Shown piece by piece: positions 19,769 to 29,167 of a DNA stretch of 39,590 nt (positions are counted from its first letter, which is position 1; each line of letters starts with the position of its first letter). The position numbers and the translations under genes were made by a program. The notes beneath the pieces were generated by a model that worked only from the letters and a program-made list of their open reading frames with translations, ran no database searches and was not told where the DNA came from. Source of the stretch: Nitrososphaeria archaeon. Lineage in GTDB: Archaea; Thermoproteota; Nitrososphaeria; JACIWG01. The stretch is taken from positions 1 to 39,590 of the forward strand of contig JARVJS010000006.1 of NCBI GenBank assembly GCA_029776125.1, given 5' to 3'.

Positions 19769-20739
19769 TAGATAGTTTATTTGTATTCAAAATAAAGTTT
19801 AAAAATTTTGTTAAGTTTGGGCATCTACTTTCTGCCAGACCTGTTTCTCTGGTTGAATCTGACGCACTGTTTTCGGCGTTATTAAATACAGTTAGTATCT
19901 ATTATGGAGAAAAAGAAACTAATACTTTAGTAGAGGAATTTATAAGCAATCCTCCCTTTTTAATTTCATCTCTGTTTCCCTACTGTAAAGATACTTACTA
20001 CTTACCAAAACCTTTATGGGATGACTTTATAAGTAATGATACTAAAAAACAACTTGGTAAACTCATCAAGAAAAGAACCCTTATAAATGTAGAGGATTTT
20101 TACAAATGGCTAACCAAAAATGAAAACTACTTCTTGCAAAGACTTACTACTGAACAATTCAAAACCGAAAAGACTTCCTTTCTAAAGACTGTTTTACTTC
20201 CCAAAACAGTGTTAGATAGGGAAAGTAAGTCAACTAATCTATATCATGTCGTATATGGAAAATTTGAACCTAATACAGGTGTCTATGGTTTTGTTTACTT
20301 TAAAAAACCTGAATACATAGAAAAATTTCACAAATACCTAATTTTATTGGGCAAAACAGGACTTGGTGGAGAAAGAACCTTTGGTTATGGACAGTTTGAA
20401 GTAGTAGAATATGCTCCTGTAAGAGGATTACTTAAAGATATATTTTTAACTAAAACAGATTTTTATGTTTCTCTATCATTAATTTATCCTGAACAGGAAA
20501 ACTTTATTTTAATAAAAAATTCACTTTTAGCATACGACTTAACTAAAAAAGGTGGTTTTATTTGTTCAGGAAAAAACCAAATCTCCATTAAAAAGAAAAC
20601 AGTAACCTTTTTGAAAGAGGGGACTTCAACTTCAGAACCTTTCAGAGGCTCTATTGTAGATGTAACACCTGAGAACGCTCACTACTACATTAACCACAAA
20701 GTTTATAAATATGGATATGCCCTTTGGGTGCCTTTATAA
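19765..20739 (+). CDS. csm4: type III-A RAMP Csm4
   Basis: SDALFSAL, ISSLFPY, YYLPKP, GLGGERTFGYG and H.VYKYG. Confidence 0.92.
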   Translation: MIDSLFVFKIKFKNFVKFGHLLSARPVSLVESDALFSALLNTVSIYYGEKETNTLVEEFISNPPFLISSLFPYCKDTYYLPKPLWDDFISNDTKKQLGKLIKKRTLINVEDFYKWLTKNENYFLQRLTTEQFKTEKTSFLKTVLLPKTVLDRESKSTNLYHVVYGKFEPNTGVYGFVYFKKPEYIEKFHKYLILLGKTGLGGERTFGYGQFEVVEYAPVRGLLKDIFLTKTDFYVSLSLIYPEQENFILIKNSLLAYDLTKKGGFICSGKNQISIKKKTVTFLKEGTSTSEPFRGSIVDVTPENAHYYINHKVYKYGYALWVPL

Positions 20740-20919
20740 ATAAATTTGTTCTTTGACAAGGTTAATTTCATAAAACATTGATATTGCTTGTTTTAGACTA
20801 AACAAGAAATCAAGCAGTATCAATAACCTGTATTATATTCGTAAGTAGAAAAACACAAAAATTTTTGTATAACCCTACTTATAACCTATTGAAATATAAA
20901 AGAAAAAACATAGGGTACA

Positions 20920-21104
20920 GTAGGAAAAGAGACCTGTTTTAAAGGGGATAAGGACATGTGGTCGTTTAGAAATGCCTCCACAATCTCCTTCGTAGGAAAA
21001 GAGACCTGTTTTAAAGGGGATAAGGATTGGTTTAGAACAGATTCTAACCCTTCGCATCTACTTTTGTAGTAGGAAAAGAGACCTGATTAAAAGGGGATAA
21101 ACAA
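20920..21104 (+). CRISPR. CRISPR mini-array 3 (type III): 3 repeats, 2 spacers (36 and 41 nt)
   Basis: 36-nt repeat GTAGGAAAAGAGACCTGTTTTAAAGGGGATAAGGAC at 20920 and 20992, degenerate at 21069; AT-rich leader at 20740-20919. Confidence 0.92.
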
Positions 21105-21128
21105 AAAAAAACAAAAAGGAGGAATAAG

Positions 21129-22307
21129 ATGAACATATTAGTTAACCTTGTTTCAGACCAAACTATACCTAATGTTCTTGTTACTTATAGCATTAGAGAA
21201 AGGTTTTCGATAGATAGGCTTTTTTTCATTTCTACCAACTACATGAATAAGAAAAACAAAGTGAAACACATTGTTAATACTCTTTCAGAATTGGGGATTA
21301 ATGTAGATTATGAAATTTTAACATTAACTAACGAGTATTCTTTGTATGATATTTATAAGGATTTAAGTTATTTATCTGAAAGGTATAAAAATGCTCAATT
21401 CTTTGTTAATCTTACATGCGGAACAAAGATAATGTTTTTTGTTACTCATGAGTTTTTTAAAAGTTTAGGTAGTAAGTTTTTTTACTTACCTGAGTGGAAG
21501 AAAAATTCAATTATAAATTTATCAGTATTTGATGCAGATGAGGAGATTCCAATTAACTTAAAACTGTCGGCAAAGAACTATTTGTCTGGCTATGGAATTA
21601 CTCTTGAAAATTACAATAGTTTGCCTAATTATATAAACAGAGCATTAGAGAGAAAAAACATAACCCTGAAACTATACAACAATTATCCTCAAACAAAACA
21701 AATGCTATCAGAGCTTTTTGAACAGATAAAGACCAATGGATATAAAATCAAGCAAAAGAAAATTTTGCTAACTTTTGAACTTTCTAACTTAAACGACATA
21801 CAAAAAAGTATTCTTAAATCTTATGGATTTACAATTAAAGGTAGCAGTGTTTCTGCATCTCTCGACAAATATGATATTGAGTATCTTACAGGTGGATGGT
21901 TTGAGGAATATGTTTTTATAACTCTATATGAGATGAAAAACGAAGGAATAATTGATGATGTTGTATTAAAAATGCAAACTTTAGTAAGTAATTTAGCAGT
22001 TCATAACGAACTTGATGTTGCCTTTACAAAAGATAATAAACTATTTATAGTTGAGTGTAAATCTCTTGATCCTGATGATGAAATAAATAAAAATGCCCTT
22101 TATAAAATTCAATCGTTTAAAGATAGAACCAATATAGGAGCCAATGTTAAAGGTTTTTATGTAACTACTTCAAGTGCAATATTTGACAATCACTCTAACG
22201 ATGTGAAACTTCACTTAAAAAATAGAGCAAAACTGTATAACACTGAAATCATCCACCTTGATGGTAGTAAAAACCTTAAAGAAATCATTTTGCCATATAT
22301 TAATTGA
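21129..22307 (+). CDS. cOA-activated CARF + PD-(D/E)xK nuclease (Card1/Can2, DUF1887-like)
   Basis: LVSDQTIPN and NLTCGTK CARF motifs; GGWFEEYV, NELDV and IVECKS nuclease motifs. Confidence 0.85.
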   Translation: MNILVNLVSDQTIPNVLVTYSIRERFSIDRLFFISTNYMNKKNKVKHIVNTLSELGINVDYEILTLTNEYSLYDIYKDLSYLSERYKNAQFFVNLTCGTKIMFFVTHEFFKSLGSKFFYLPEWKKNSIINLSVFDADEEIPINLKLSAKNYLSGYGITLENYNSLPNYINRALERKNITLKLYNNYPQTKQMLSELFEQIKTNGYKIKQKKILLTFELSNLNDIQKSILKSYGFTIKGSSVSASLDKYDIEYLTGGWFEEYVFITLYEMKNEGIIDDVVLKMQTLVSNLAVHNELDVAFTKDNKLFIVECKSLDPDDEINKNALYKIQSFKDRTNIGANVKGFYVTTSSAIFDNHSNDVKLHLKNRAKLYNTEIIHLDGSKNLKEIILPYIN

Positions 22308-22316
22308 GGGAGGGCT

Positions 22317-23282
22317 ATGCAGATAGAGATACCTTATCAAACATATACTGTTATTGCAGAGGCTAAAAACACTCTTGAATTACCTCTGTTTTATGGTGCA
22401 ACAATTCGTGGCGGTTTAGGTTATGTGTTAAAGGAATTCACCTGCACAAATAAAAAATTGAATACCTGTTCCTCTTGTTATTTAATTCAGAAGTGTAGAT
22501 ACAGTTTTCTTTTTGAGGCGGTCTCCAAAGTAAATGGAGCAGGGCAGTTTTTCTTTAAACAAGGTGAAAAAATTCCTCCACCTTTTGTTATTGAATCAAC
22601 ATTAGCGAATACAAAAGTAGTTCAAAAGGGAAGTTCTTTTTCCTTTTCTTTTACTTTGTTTGGAGAGGCAATTAAGTATTTAACATATTTTGCTTATGGA
22701 TTTGAGCAATTGGGTAAGTTAGGACTTGGCGGGAAAGGGGGGAAATATTGTTTAAAGGCAATAACAGTTGACAATGGTGATACTTCTGTTCCTGTTTATC
22801 AAGATGGAGTTTTGCAAGCAGTAGAAAATAAGATTTTTAAATTATCTATTGATACAGATAATTGTGAAAAATTAAATAATGTAAAATTATGTTTTGATAC
22901 ACCTGTAAGAATTAAAATAAATGGCAAATTAATGACTCCTGATGATTTTAATTTTCTTAAATTTTTTGCTTCACTTCTCAGAAGGCTTTCCTGTTTATTG
23001 TATTTTTATTGCGGAAAACAAGTTATAGATATAGAGGAAGTAAAACATTTAATTCAACTTGCAGAAACAGTTAAAGTCAACAAGAAAAACCTTCACTGGT
23101 TTGACCTATCAAGATATTCAACAAGGCAAAAAAGCAAAGTAAAGCTTGGCGGTTTTGTTGGTCATGTCACATTAAATCAGGTTCCTGTTCCTGCTTATGA
23201 AATATTAAAAGCAGGAAAAATAATTCACATATCAAAAAATGCAAGTTTTGGATTGGGAAAGATTTCCTTAATTTGCCTTTGA
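22317..23282 (+). CDS. cas6: second Cas6 (type III-associated, with N-terminal Cys cluster)
   Basis: GATIRGGLG, C..C...C, PPPFVI, F.TPVRI, RYSTRQ and HISKNASFGLG. Confidence 0.85.
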   Translation: MQIEIPYQTYTVIAEAKNTLELPLFYGATIRGGLGYVLKEFTCTNKKLNTCSSCYLIQKCRYSFLFEAVSKVNGAGQFFFKQGEKIPPPFVIESTLANTKVVQKGSSFSFSFTLFGEAIKYLTYFAYGFEQLGKLGLGGKGGKYCLKAITVDNGDTSVPVYQDGVLQAVENKIFKLSIDTDNCEKLNNVKLCFDTPVRIKINGKLMTPDDFNFLKFFASLLRRLSCLLYFYCGKQVIDIEEVKHLIQLAETVKVNKKNLHWFDLSRYSTRQKSKVKLGGFVGHVTLNQVPVPAYEILKAGKIIHISKNASFGLGKISLICL

Positions 23283-23307
23283 TACATTAAGGTACCCTAT
23301 ATATAGG
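23277..23307 (+). promoter_or_regulatory. 31-bp recurrent operon-head motif, copy 4
   Basis: CTTTGATACATTAAGGTACCCTATATATAGG. Confidence 0.75.
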
Positions 23308-23336
23308 AAAGCAAAAAAACTAACAAGGAGGCACTT

Positions 23337-23615
23337 TTGGCAGACAAACTTTTTAAGATAGCCTGTGCAGTAGCATATTATTTTGACGTTGAGGAACCTG
23401 ATGTTAATGCAGACACTCAAGAACTTGCCATGTTTATTAAGAATGCACTGAAAGGAAAACTTCCTGAGTCAAAACTATGCATAAATTGTGGTAGTGTTTT
23501 AGCAAAAAGAGTAACAAATGGAATAGAAAGATACCACTGTAAAAAGTGTTTTTCTGTTTTTGATATTAAAACCTATAGAAAGAAAGAAAAGGAGACATTA
23601 TGCCTAAGCAACTAA
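23337..23615 (+). CDS. small zinc-ribbon protein
   Basis: AGGAGG RBS with TTG start; CINCG...CKKC. Confidence 0.6.
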   Translation: MADKLFKIACAVAYYFDVEEPDVNADTQELAMFIKNALKGKLPESKLCINCGSVLAKRVTNGIERYHCKKCFSVFDIKTYRKKEKETLCLSN

Positions 23616-25579
23616 TTTTATGCGAAAAACCCTCAGTAGGGATAGACTTTGCAAAAGGGCTTGGAGGCAATTTTGTTCGCAAGGATGGTTTTCTTGAAAA
23701 CAGTAACTACATAATTACATGGGCACATGGGCATCTGTGTGAGCTTAAAACTCCTGAAGAATACAATCCTGAGTTGAAACAGTGGAGTCTTGAGACTCTT
23801 CCAATTTTTCCTGAAAGGTTTGAATACAAAATCATTAAAGAGAGTGCAAAACAATTTAAGATTATTAAAGAGTTAATACACAAACAAGATATATCAAGTG
23901 TAGTGATCGCTACAGACTGTGGTCGTGAAGGAGAATTGATTGCAAGACTCATACTGCTACTTGCAGGAAACAAAAAACCTCTTTATCGTTTTTGGACTTC
24001 AGAGGCACTTACTCCAGAAGTAGTGCAAAGAGAGATAAGAAACCTTAAGCCTGCGAAAGAATTTGACCGACTTTATCAGTCTGCTTTAGCAAGGCAGTGG
24101 GCAGACTGGCTCGTAGGGATAAATGCTACAAGAGCAGTAACCATAAAAAATAGGGGAGAACTTTTCAGCGTGGGAAGGGTTCAAACTGCAGTTTTATCGC
24201 TCATAGTAAACAGAGAAAAGGAAATTAAGGAATTCAAACCACAAACATTTTACAACGTAGTTGCAGAATTTGAAAAAGGTAAAGATTCTTACAAAGGTAT
24301 TTACTTCAGAGTAAAAAAAGAGGAAGTAGAAGTTGATGAAGTTGAACAGGAAGGAGATGAAAAGCAAGAGGAAAGTATAAATTCCAAATATGCAATACTT
24401 AAGAAAGAGGAAGCAGAGAAAATAGCAGGTGAAGTTTCAGGCAAAAAAGGCGTAATAAAGAGCATACAAAGCAAAATATCCTCAGAAAAACCACCACTTC
24501 TTTTCTCGCTTACCACACTACAACAGGAAGCAAACAAAAAGTTTGGCTATTCAGCTGATAAAACTCTCAACATAGCACAGTCTCTTTATGAAAAACACTT
24601 AATATCTTACCCAAGAACAGAGTCTCAGCATCTTGATCCAGGCTATGTAGCAGAGGTTAAGAAAATTGTAACTCTGTTATCACAAGCAAATGTAATAAGT
24701 TTTGATATAAAAAAGTGTAATATTAATGCAGGTAATAAAAGAGTATTTGATTTAAGTAAACTTACAGATCACCATGCACTTATACCTCAGCAGACACCTA
24801 AAAGTGCACTTACTGAAGACGAAAAGAAAATATACGAACTCATTTGCAAAAGATTTATCTCTGCTTTTTATCCTGACTGCAAATACAAAAACACAACAGT
24901 AATAACAGAAGTAGCAGGCTATTTATTTGAAACAAAAGGTAAGCAGTTAGTTGATGCAGGATGGCGTGAGATATATGGTGGGCTTACTCAGGACATTATA
25001 CTTCCTGCAACCATTCTTGAGAAGGATACTGTAAACACAAAGAAAGCAGAAGCAGTACAAAAGCAGACTCAACCACCGCCAAGATATACAGATGCAAGCT
25101 TACTTAACATAATGGCTAATGCTCACAAAGTAGTGCAAAACCCTGAACTTAAAAAGATACTTAAAGAAAACGCAGGCATAGGAACACCTGCGACAAGGGC
25201 ACAAATACTGAAGGTACTGCAGGACAGAAAATATGTTTACAAGCAAGAGAAACAGTTTGTTCCTACAGAAAAGGGAATTTTTCTCATAGAGATGCTTAAG
25301 GGTGAAAAAGTTGCTTCTCCTGAATATACAGCAGTGTGGGAGCAGGAACTTGAGAAAATTGCAAAAGGAGAAAGTAAGGATGTAGGAGTGTTTTTAAACT
25401 CAATTAAGCAGTATGTAGTTAATTTTATTGAAACAACTAAAAAAGCGAATACAGTATGGGAAAAGAAAGATAACAGTAGTGGAAAATTCACAAAATCATA
25501 TACAAGCAAATATCAAAAAGCAGGGAAACCCTATAAGCCGAAAACAAAGGTTTATAAGAAAACAGGGAAAAAATATTAG
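23600..25579 (+). CDS. topB: type IA DNA topoisomerase III
   Basis: EKPS, ATDCGREGE, ADWLVGINATRA, SVGRVQT, ISYPRT (catalytic Tyr) and GIGTPATRA. Confidence 0.95.
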   Translation: MPKQLILCEKPSVGIDFAKGLGGNFVRKDGFLENSNYIITWAHGHLCELKTPEEYNPELKQWSLETLPIFPERFEYKIIKESAKQFKIIKELIHKQDISSVVIATDCGREGELIARLILLLAGNKKPLYRFWTSEALTPEVVQREIRNLKPAKEFDRLYQSALARQWADWLVGINATRAVTIKNRGELFSVGRVQTAVLSLIVNREKEIKEFKPQTFYNVVAEFEKGKDSYKGIYFRVKKEEVEVDEVEQEGDEKQEESINSKYAILKKEEAEKIAGEVSGKKGVIKSIQSKISSEKPPLLFSLTTLQQEANKKFGYSADKTLNIAQSLYEKHLISYPRTESQHLDPGYVAEVKKIVTLLSQANVISFDIKKCNINAGNKRVFDLSKLTDHHALIPQQTPKSALTEDEKKIYELICKRFISAFYPDCKYKNTTVITEVAGYLFETKGKQLVDAGWREIYGGLTQDIILPATILEKDTVNTKKAEAVQKQTQPPPRYTDASLLNIMANAHKVVQNPELKKILKENAGIGTPATRAQILKVLQDRKYVYKQEKQFVPTEKGIFLIEMLKGEKVASPEYTAVWEQELEKIAKGESKDVGVFLNSIKQYVVNFIETTKKANTVWEKKDNSSGKFTKSYTSKYQKAGKPYKPKTKVYKKTGKKY

Positions 25580-25590
25580 TCCTTATCCAA

Positions 25591-25621
25591 TTTTGATACA
25601 TTCGTGTACCCTATATATAGG
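25591..25621 (+). promoter_or_regulatory. 31-bp recurrent operon-head motif, copy 5
   Basis: TTTTGATACATTCGTGTACCCTATATATAGG; shares the upstream AGTCCTTATCCAAT with copy 3. Confidence 0.75.
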
Positions 25622-25667
25622 AGGGATAAAAATTAACCCTTCAAAACTTTCTCGTGGAGGTTCATCC

Positions 25668-27815
25668 ATGTTTTCCCAAATTATTAAGCGTGATGGGAGA
25701 TTTGTCTCTTTTGACGCACAAAAAATAGTAAATGCCATTGCCAAAGCAGGCAAGGCAACAGGTGAGTTTGACGAAAAAGTAGCAAAGAGACTTGCAGGTA
25801 GGGTTCTTGCAGTGCTTGAGGATTTAAATGGTGATGGCACTTACATTCCACATGTAGAGGAAGTTCAGGACATAGTAGAGGAAATTTTACTTCGTAGTCA
25901 GTATAAGAAAACTGCTAAAGCATACATAATCTACAGAGATCAACACGCAAAGATGAGAGAAATTGCCACACAAAGTGGTATAGAATTGGTAGATGCCTAT
26001 CTTAGTAAAGCGGACTGGCGTGTTAATGAAAATGCTAATGTTCACTTTTCACTGCAAGGACTTAACAACTACATATCCTCAGAGATAAGTAAATCCTACT
26101 GGTTAAATAAAATCTATCCACCTGAGATAAGAGAAGCATACAAAAACGGTGCTATGCACATTCACGACCTCGGGCTACTTAGCCCGTATTGTGTGGGGTG
26201 GGATTTACAGGACCTTTTAAGAGTTGGATTTAGAGGACTAAAGGGCAGAGTAGAGTCCAATCCACCAAAACACTTCAGAGTTGCACTCATGCAAGCAGTA
26301 AACTTTCTCTATACACTTCAGAATGAAACTGCAGGTGCTTCTGCATTCTCTAACTTTGACACCCTTCTTGCACCTTTTATTGCTTATGACAATCTCACCT
26401 ACAAACAGGTAAAACAATGTATGCAGGAATTCTTATTCAACATAAATGTTCCTACAAGGACTGCAGGACAAGTGCCATTTACGAACATAACACTTGATAT
26501 AACAGTTCCACCTCATCTGAAAGATCAAGCAGTAATTATTGGTGGTATACTACAGGATAAGACTTATGGGGAGTTTCAAGAATACATGGATATGTTCAAT
26601 CAAGCATTGTTTGAATGTATGATGGAAGGAGATGCTTCAGGTAGAGTGTTTTCTTTTCCTATTCCTACGATAAATATAACTAAAGAATTTGATTGGCATA
26701 GACCTGTTGTAAAACAGATGCTTGAGTTGACTGCAAAGTATGGAACATTTTACTTTGCAAACTTCGTTAATTCAGATATGAAACCTGAAGATACCTACTC
26801 AATGTGTTGCAGGCTTCGTTTAAACAAAAAAGAACTTCAAAGGAGAGGTGGAGGTCTTTTTGGTGCAAACGCCCTAACTGGGTCTATAGGTGTGGTTACT
26901 ATTAATTTGCCACGCATTGGTTACTTAAGCACTTCAGAGAAAGACTATTTTGAAAGACTTGAAGCAATGATGAACCTTGCAAAGAACTCTCTTGAAATAA
27001 AGAGAAAAGTTATTGAAAGATTTACAGAAGCAGGCTTATATCCTTATGCAAAATTCTATTTAAGAAGCGTCAAAGAAAAAACAGGTAAATACTGGAGTAA
27101 TCACTTCTCTACAATTGGTATTATTGGCATGAATGAATCTATTGCAAATGCAAAGTGGCTTGGTGAACCAGGTATCTGGACAAAAGGTGGTAAAGAATTT
27201 GCACTTAAAGTACTTGATTTTATGAGAGAAAAACTCATTCAGTATCAAGAAGAAACAGGAAACTTCTATAATCTTGAAGCCACACCTGCAGAGGGAACAT
27301 CATATAGATTTGCAAAGATAGATAAACAACATTTCCCTGATATAATTACTCAAGGAAATGGTCATCCTTATTATACAAATTCCACATGGTTACCTGTAGG
27401 ATTTACTGAATCAATTCATTATATACTTGACCATCAGGACGAACTGCAGTGCAAATACACAGGTGGCACAGTGCAACATATATTCTTGGGTGAAAGTCCT
27501 GATCCTGAGAAATTAGGTAATTTTATTATGAGCGTGTTTTATAAGTATAAACTTCCATATATAAGCATAACACCAACTTTCAGTATATGCGAGGAACATG
27601 GATACATTAAAGGAGAACATTCTATTTGTCCAAAATGTGGAGCAGAGTGTGAAATTTATTCTCGTGTTGTTGGATACCTTAGACCTGTCAATTATTGGAA
27701 TGAAGGTAAAAAAGAGGAATTTAAAGATAGAAGGTATATCAATTTATCTCCCCTGCCGGGAAGACTCCTTCCTTACGGAAGGAGTAGTTCACTTGTGAGA
27801 GTAAAAAACATTTGA
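25668..27815 (+). CDS. nrdD: anaerobic (class III) ribonucleoside-triphosphate reductase with ATP cone
   Basis: IIKRDG ATP cone, HIHDL...YC, SMCCRL, EATPAEG, Zn site and RVVGY glycyl-radical motif; GGAGG RBS before the ATG at 25668. Confidence 0.95.
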   Translation: MFSQIIKRDGRFVSFDAQKIVNAIAKAGKATGEFDEKVAKRLAGRVLAVLEDLNGDGTYIPHVEEVQDIVEEILLRSQYKKTAKAYIIYRDQHAKMREIATQSGIELVDAYLSKADWRVNENANVHFSLQGLNNYISSEISKSYWLNKIYPPEIREAYKNGAMHIHDLGLLSPYCVGWDLQDLLRVGFRGLKGRVESNPPKHFRVALMQAVNFLYTLQNETAGASAFSNFDTLLAPFIAYDNLTYKQVKQCMQEFLFNINVPTRTAGQVPFTNITLDITVPPHLKDQAVIIGGILQDKTYGEFQEYMDMFNQALFECMMEGDASGRVFSFPIPTINITKEFDWHRPVVKQMLELTAKYGTFYFANFVNSDMKPEDTYSMCCRLRLNKKELQRRGGGLFGANALTGSIGVVTINLPRIGYLSTSEKDYFERLEAMMNLAKNSLEIKRKVIERFTEAGLYPYAKFYLRSVKEKTGKYWSNHFSTIGIIGMNESIANAKWLGEPGIWTKGGKEFALKVLDFMREKLIQYQEETGNFYNLEATPAEGTSYRFAKIDKQHFPDIITQGNGHPYYTNSTWLPVGFTESIHYILDHQDELQCKYTGGTVQHIFLGESPDPEKLGNFIMSVFYKYKLPYISITPTFSICEEHGYIKGEHSICPKCGAECEIYSRVVGYLRPVNYWNEGKKEEFKDRRYINLSPLPGRLLPYGRSSSLVRVKNI
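27755..27792 (+). mobile_element. possible IS200/IS605 right-end remnant
   Basis: Hairpin ACTCCTTCC-TTAC-GGAAGGAGT followed by AGTTCAC, as at tnpB-element right ends; no transposase nearby. Confidence 0.5.
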
Positions 27816-27837
27816 AATATAAAAAGGGGCATAAAAT

Positions 27838-28311
27838 ATGAAAAAAACTAAAAAATTTCATATTGGATGGGGGTTTGGAAACTGTAATTTTAAATGTATC
27901 CATTGTTACAATAGTTCAAAAAAACAAAAGTATAAATATCAATTAGATTTATTATTGTCAACTGCACGACAGTTATGTCTTATAGCAGATTCTATAAATT
28001 TTGGTTCAGGCGAATTTATCTATAATGACCATACAATTGAATTGTTAGAATTCATTCATTCTGAATTTTCTGAAGTTCCTATTGCATTAACAACCAATGG
28101 TTCTTCAGTGTTACGATTATCTGAAGAAAAACTTTTATATTTTCATGACATAGATGTCTCTTTGGATTTTCCAACTAAAGAAAAACAAGTTGATTTTAGG
28201 CAACACAGCAGTGCTTGGGATATTCCTATTAAGGCATTACAAAAACTAAAGTCAATAAATAAAATTCCATTTACAATAGTAACTTGTGTCACAATTGTTA
28301 AAATTATGTAG
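27838..28311 (+). pseudogene. radical SAM protein, apparently C-terminally truncated
   Basis: CNFKCIHC (CxxxCxxC), FGSGE, TTNGS and VSLD; ends at 157 aa, part-way through the barrel. Confidence 0.6.
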
Positions 28312-28323
28312 AAAGGAGGAAAT

Positions 28324-28776
28324 ATGAAAAATGTAACAGTTCTAATTAAAAAATTATCCCATGCAGAGGATTTACCGCTTCCTCAATATGCAACAGAACA
28401 CTCTGCAGGAATGGATTTGATTGCAGCAGTTACAGAACCTGTTAAACTGAAACCTTTTCAGAGATTATTAATACCTACAGGTATATCTATTGAACTACCT
28501 GTTGGTTACGAAGCACAGGTAAGACCAAGAAGTGGACTTGCGATAAAACATGGAATAACTGTGTTAAACACGCCAGGCACAATAGATGCAGACTACAGAG
28601 GTGAAATAGGAGTAATTTTGATTAATTTAGGCTACCAAGATTTTATTATTGAAAGAGGTATGCGTATTGCTCAGTTAGTTGTATCGCCTGTAGTAAAAGC
28701 AGAAATTGTTGAAGTTGGAGAGCTTCAGGAGACTGTAAGAGGCAGTGGTGGATTTGGTTCAACAGGAACAAAGTAG
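28324..28776 (+). CDS. dut: trimeric dUTPase
   Basis: [26 protein letters not shown] and [10 protein letters not shown]. Confidence 0.97.
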   Translation: MKNVTVLIKKLSHAEDLPLPQYATEHSAGMDLIAAVTEPVKLKPFQRLLIPTGISIELPVGYEAQVRPRSGLAIKHGITVLNTPGTIDADYRGEIGVILINLGYQDFIIERGMRIAQLVVSPVVKAEIVEVGELQETVRGSGGFGSTGTK

Positions 28777-29151
28777 GTGATAGCTATGGTAAACAAAAAC
28801 TACATATTTGTTTATGGAACCTTAAAAAAAGGAAAATGTAGACACGACATACTTGTAGAGGGAAAGGCAGAATTTATTGATTACGCAGAACTTGAAGGAT
28901 ATGACATATATGATACAGGTTATTATCCAGGAATAGTGAAAGGAAAGGGAAAGGTTTATGGAGAAGTTTATTGCGTAAGCGATGAATTATTAAATGTTTT
29001 GGATATTATTGAAGGAGTTGATTATAATTTATTTAAAAGAGAAATTTTGCCTGTAGAACTGCTAAATTATAAAACAAAATTATATGTTTTTGTTTATGTG
29101 TTCCAAGGAAACACAAACTACTTGCAACTGATTGCAAATGGAAAATATTAA
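28777..29151 (+). CDS. gamma-glutamylcyclotransferase (AIG2-like) family protein
   Basis: FVYGTLK, YPG, VYGEVY and LD.IEG. Confidence 0.88.
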   Translation: MIAMVNKNYIFVYGTLKKGKCRHDILVEGKAEFIDYAELEGYDIYDTGYYPGIVKGKGKVYGEVYCVSDELLNVLDIIEGVDYNLFKREILPVELLNYKTKLYVFVYVFQGNTNYLQLIANGKY

Positions 29152-29167
29152 GAAAGGAGATTAAATT

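Noticed and set aside
25428-25667. N-terminal extensions in the ORF track (nrdD from 25428, csf3 from 7901, csf1 from 8572, ydjM from 1238, 33214 start)
   Set aside because: Downstream ATGs have better RBS or motif context and match family N-termini.
27838-28311. Calling the radical SAM gene nrdG
   Set aside because: The position fits, but the sequence looks like a truncated general radical SAM and lacks recognisable activase context.
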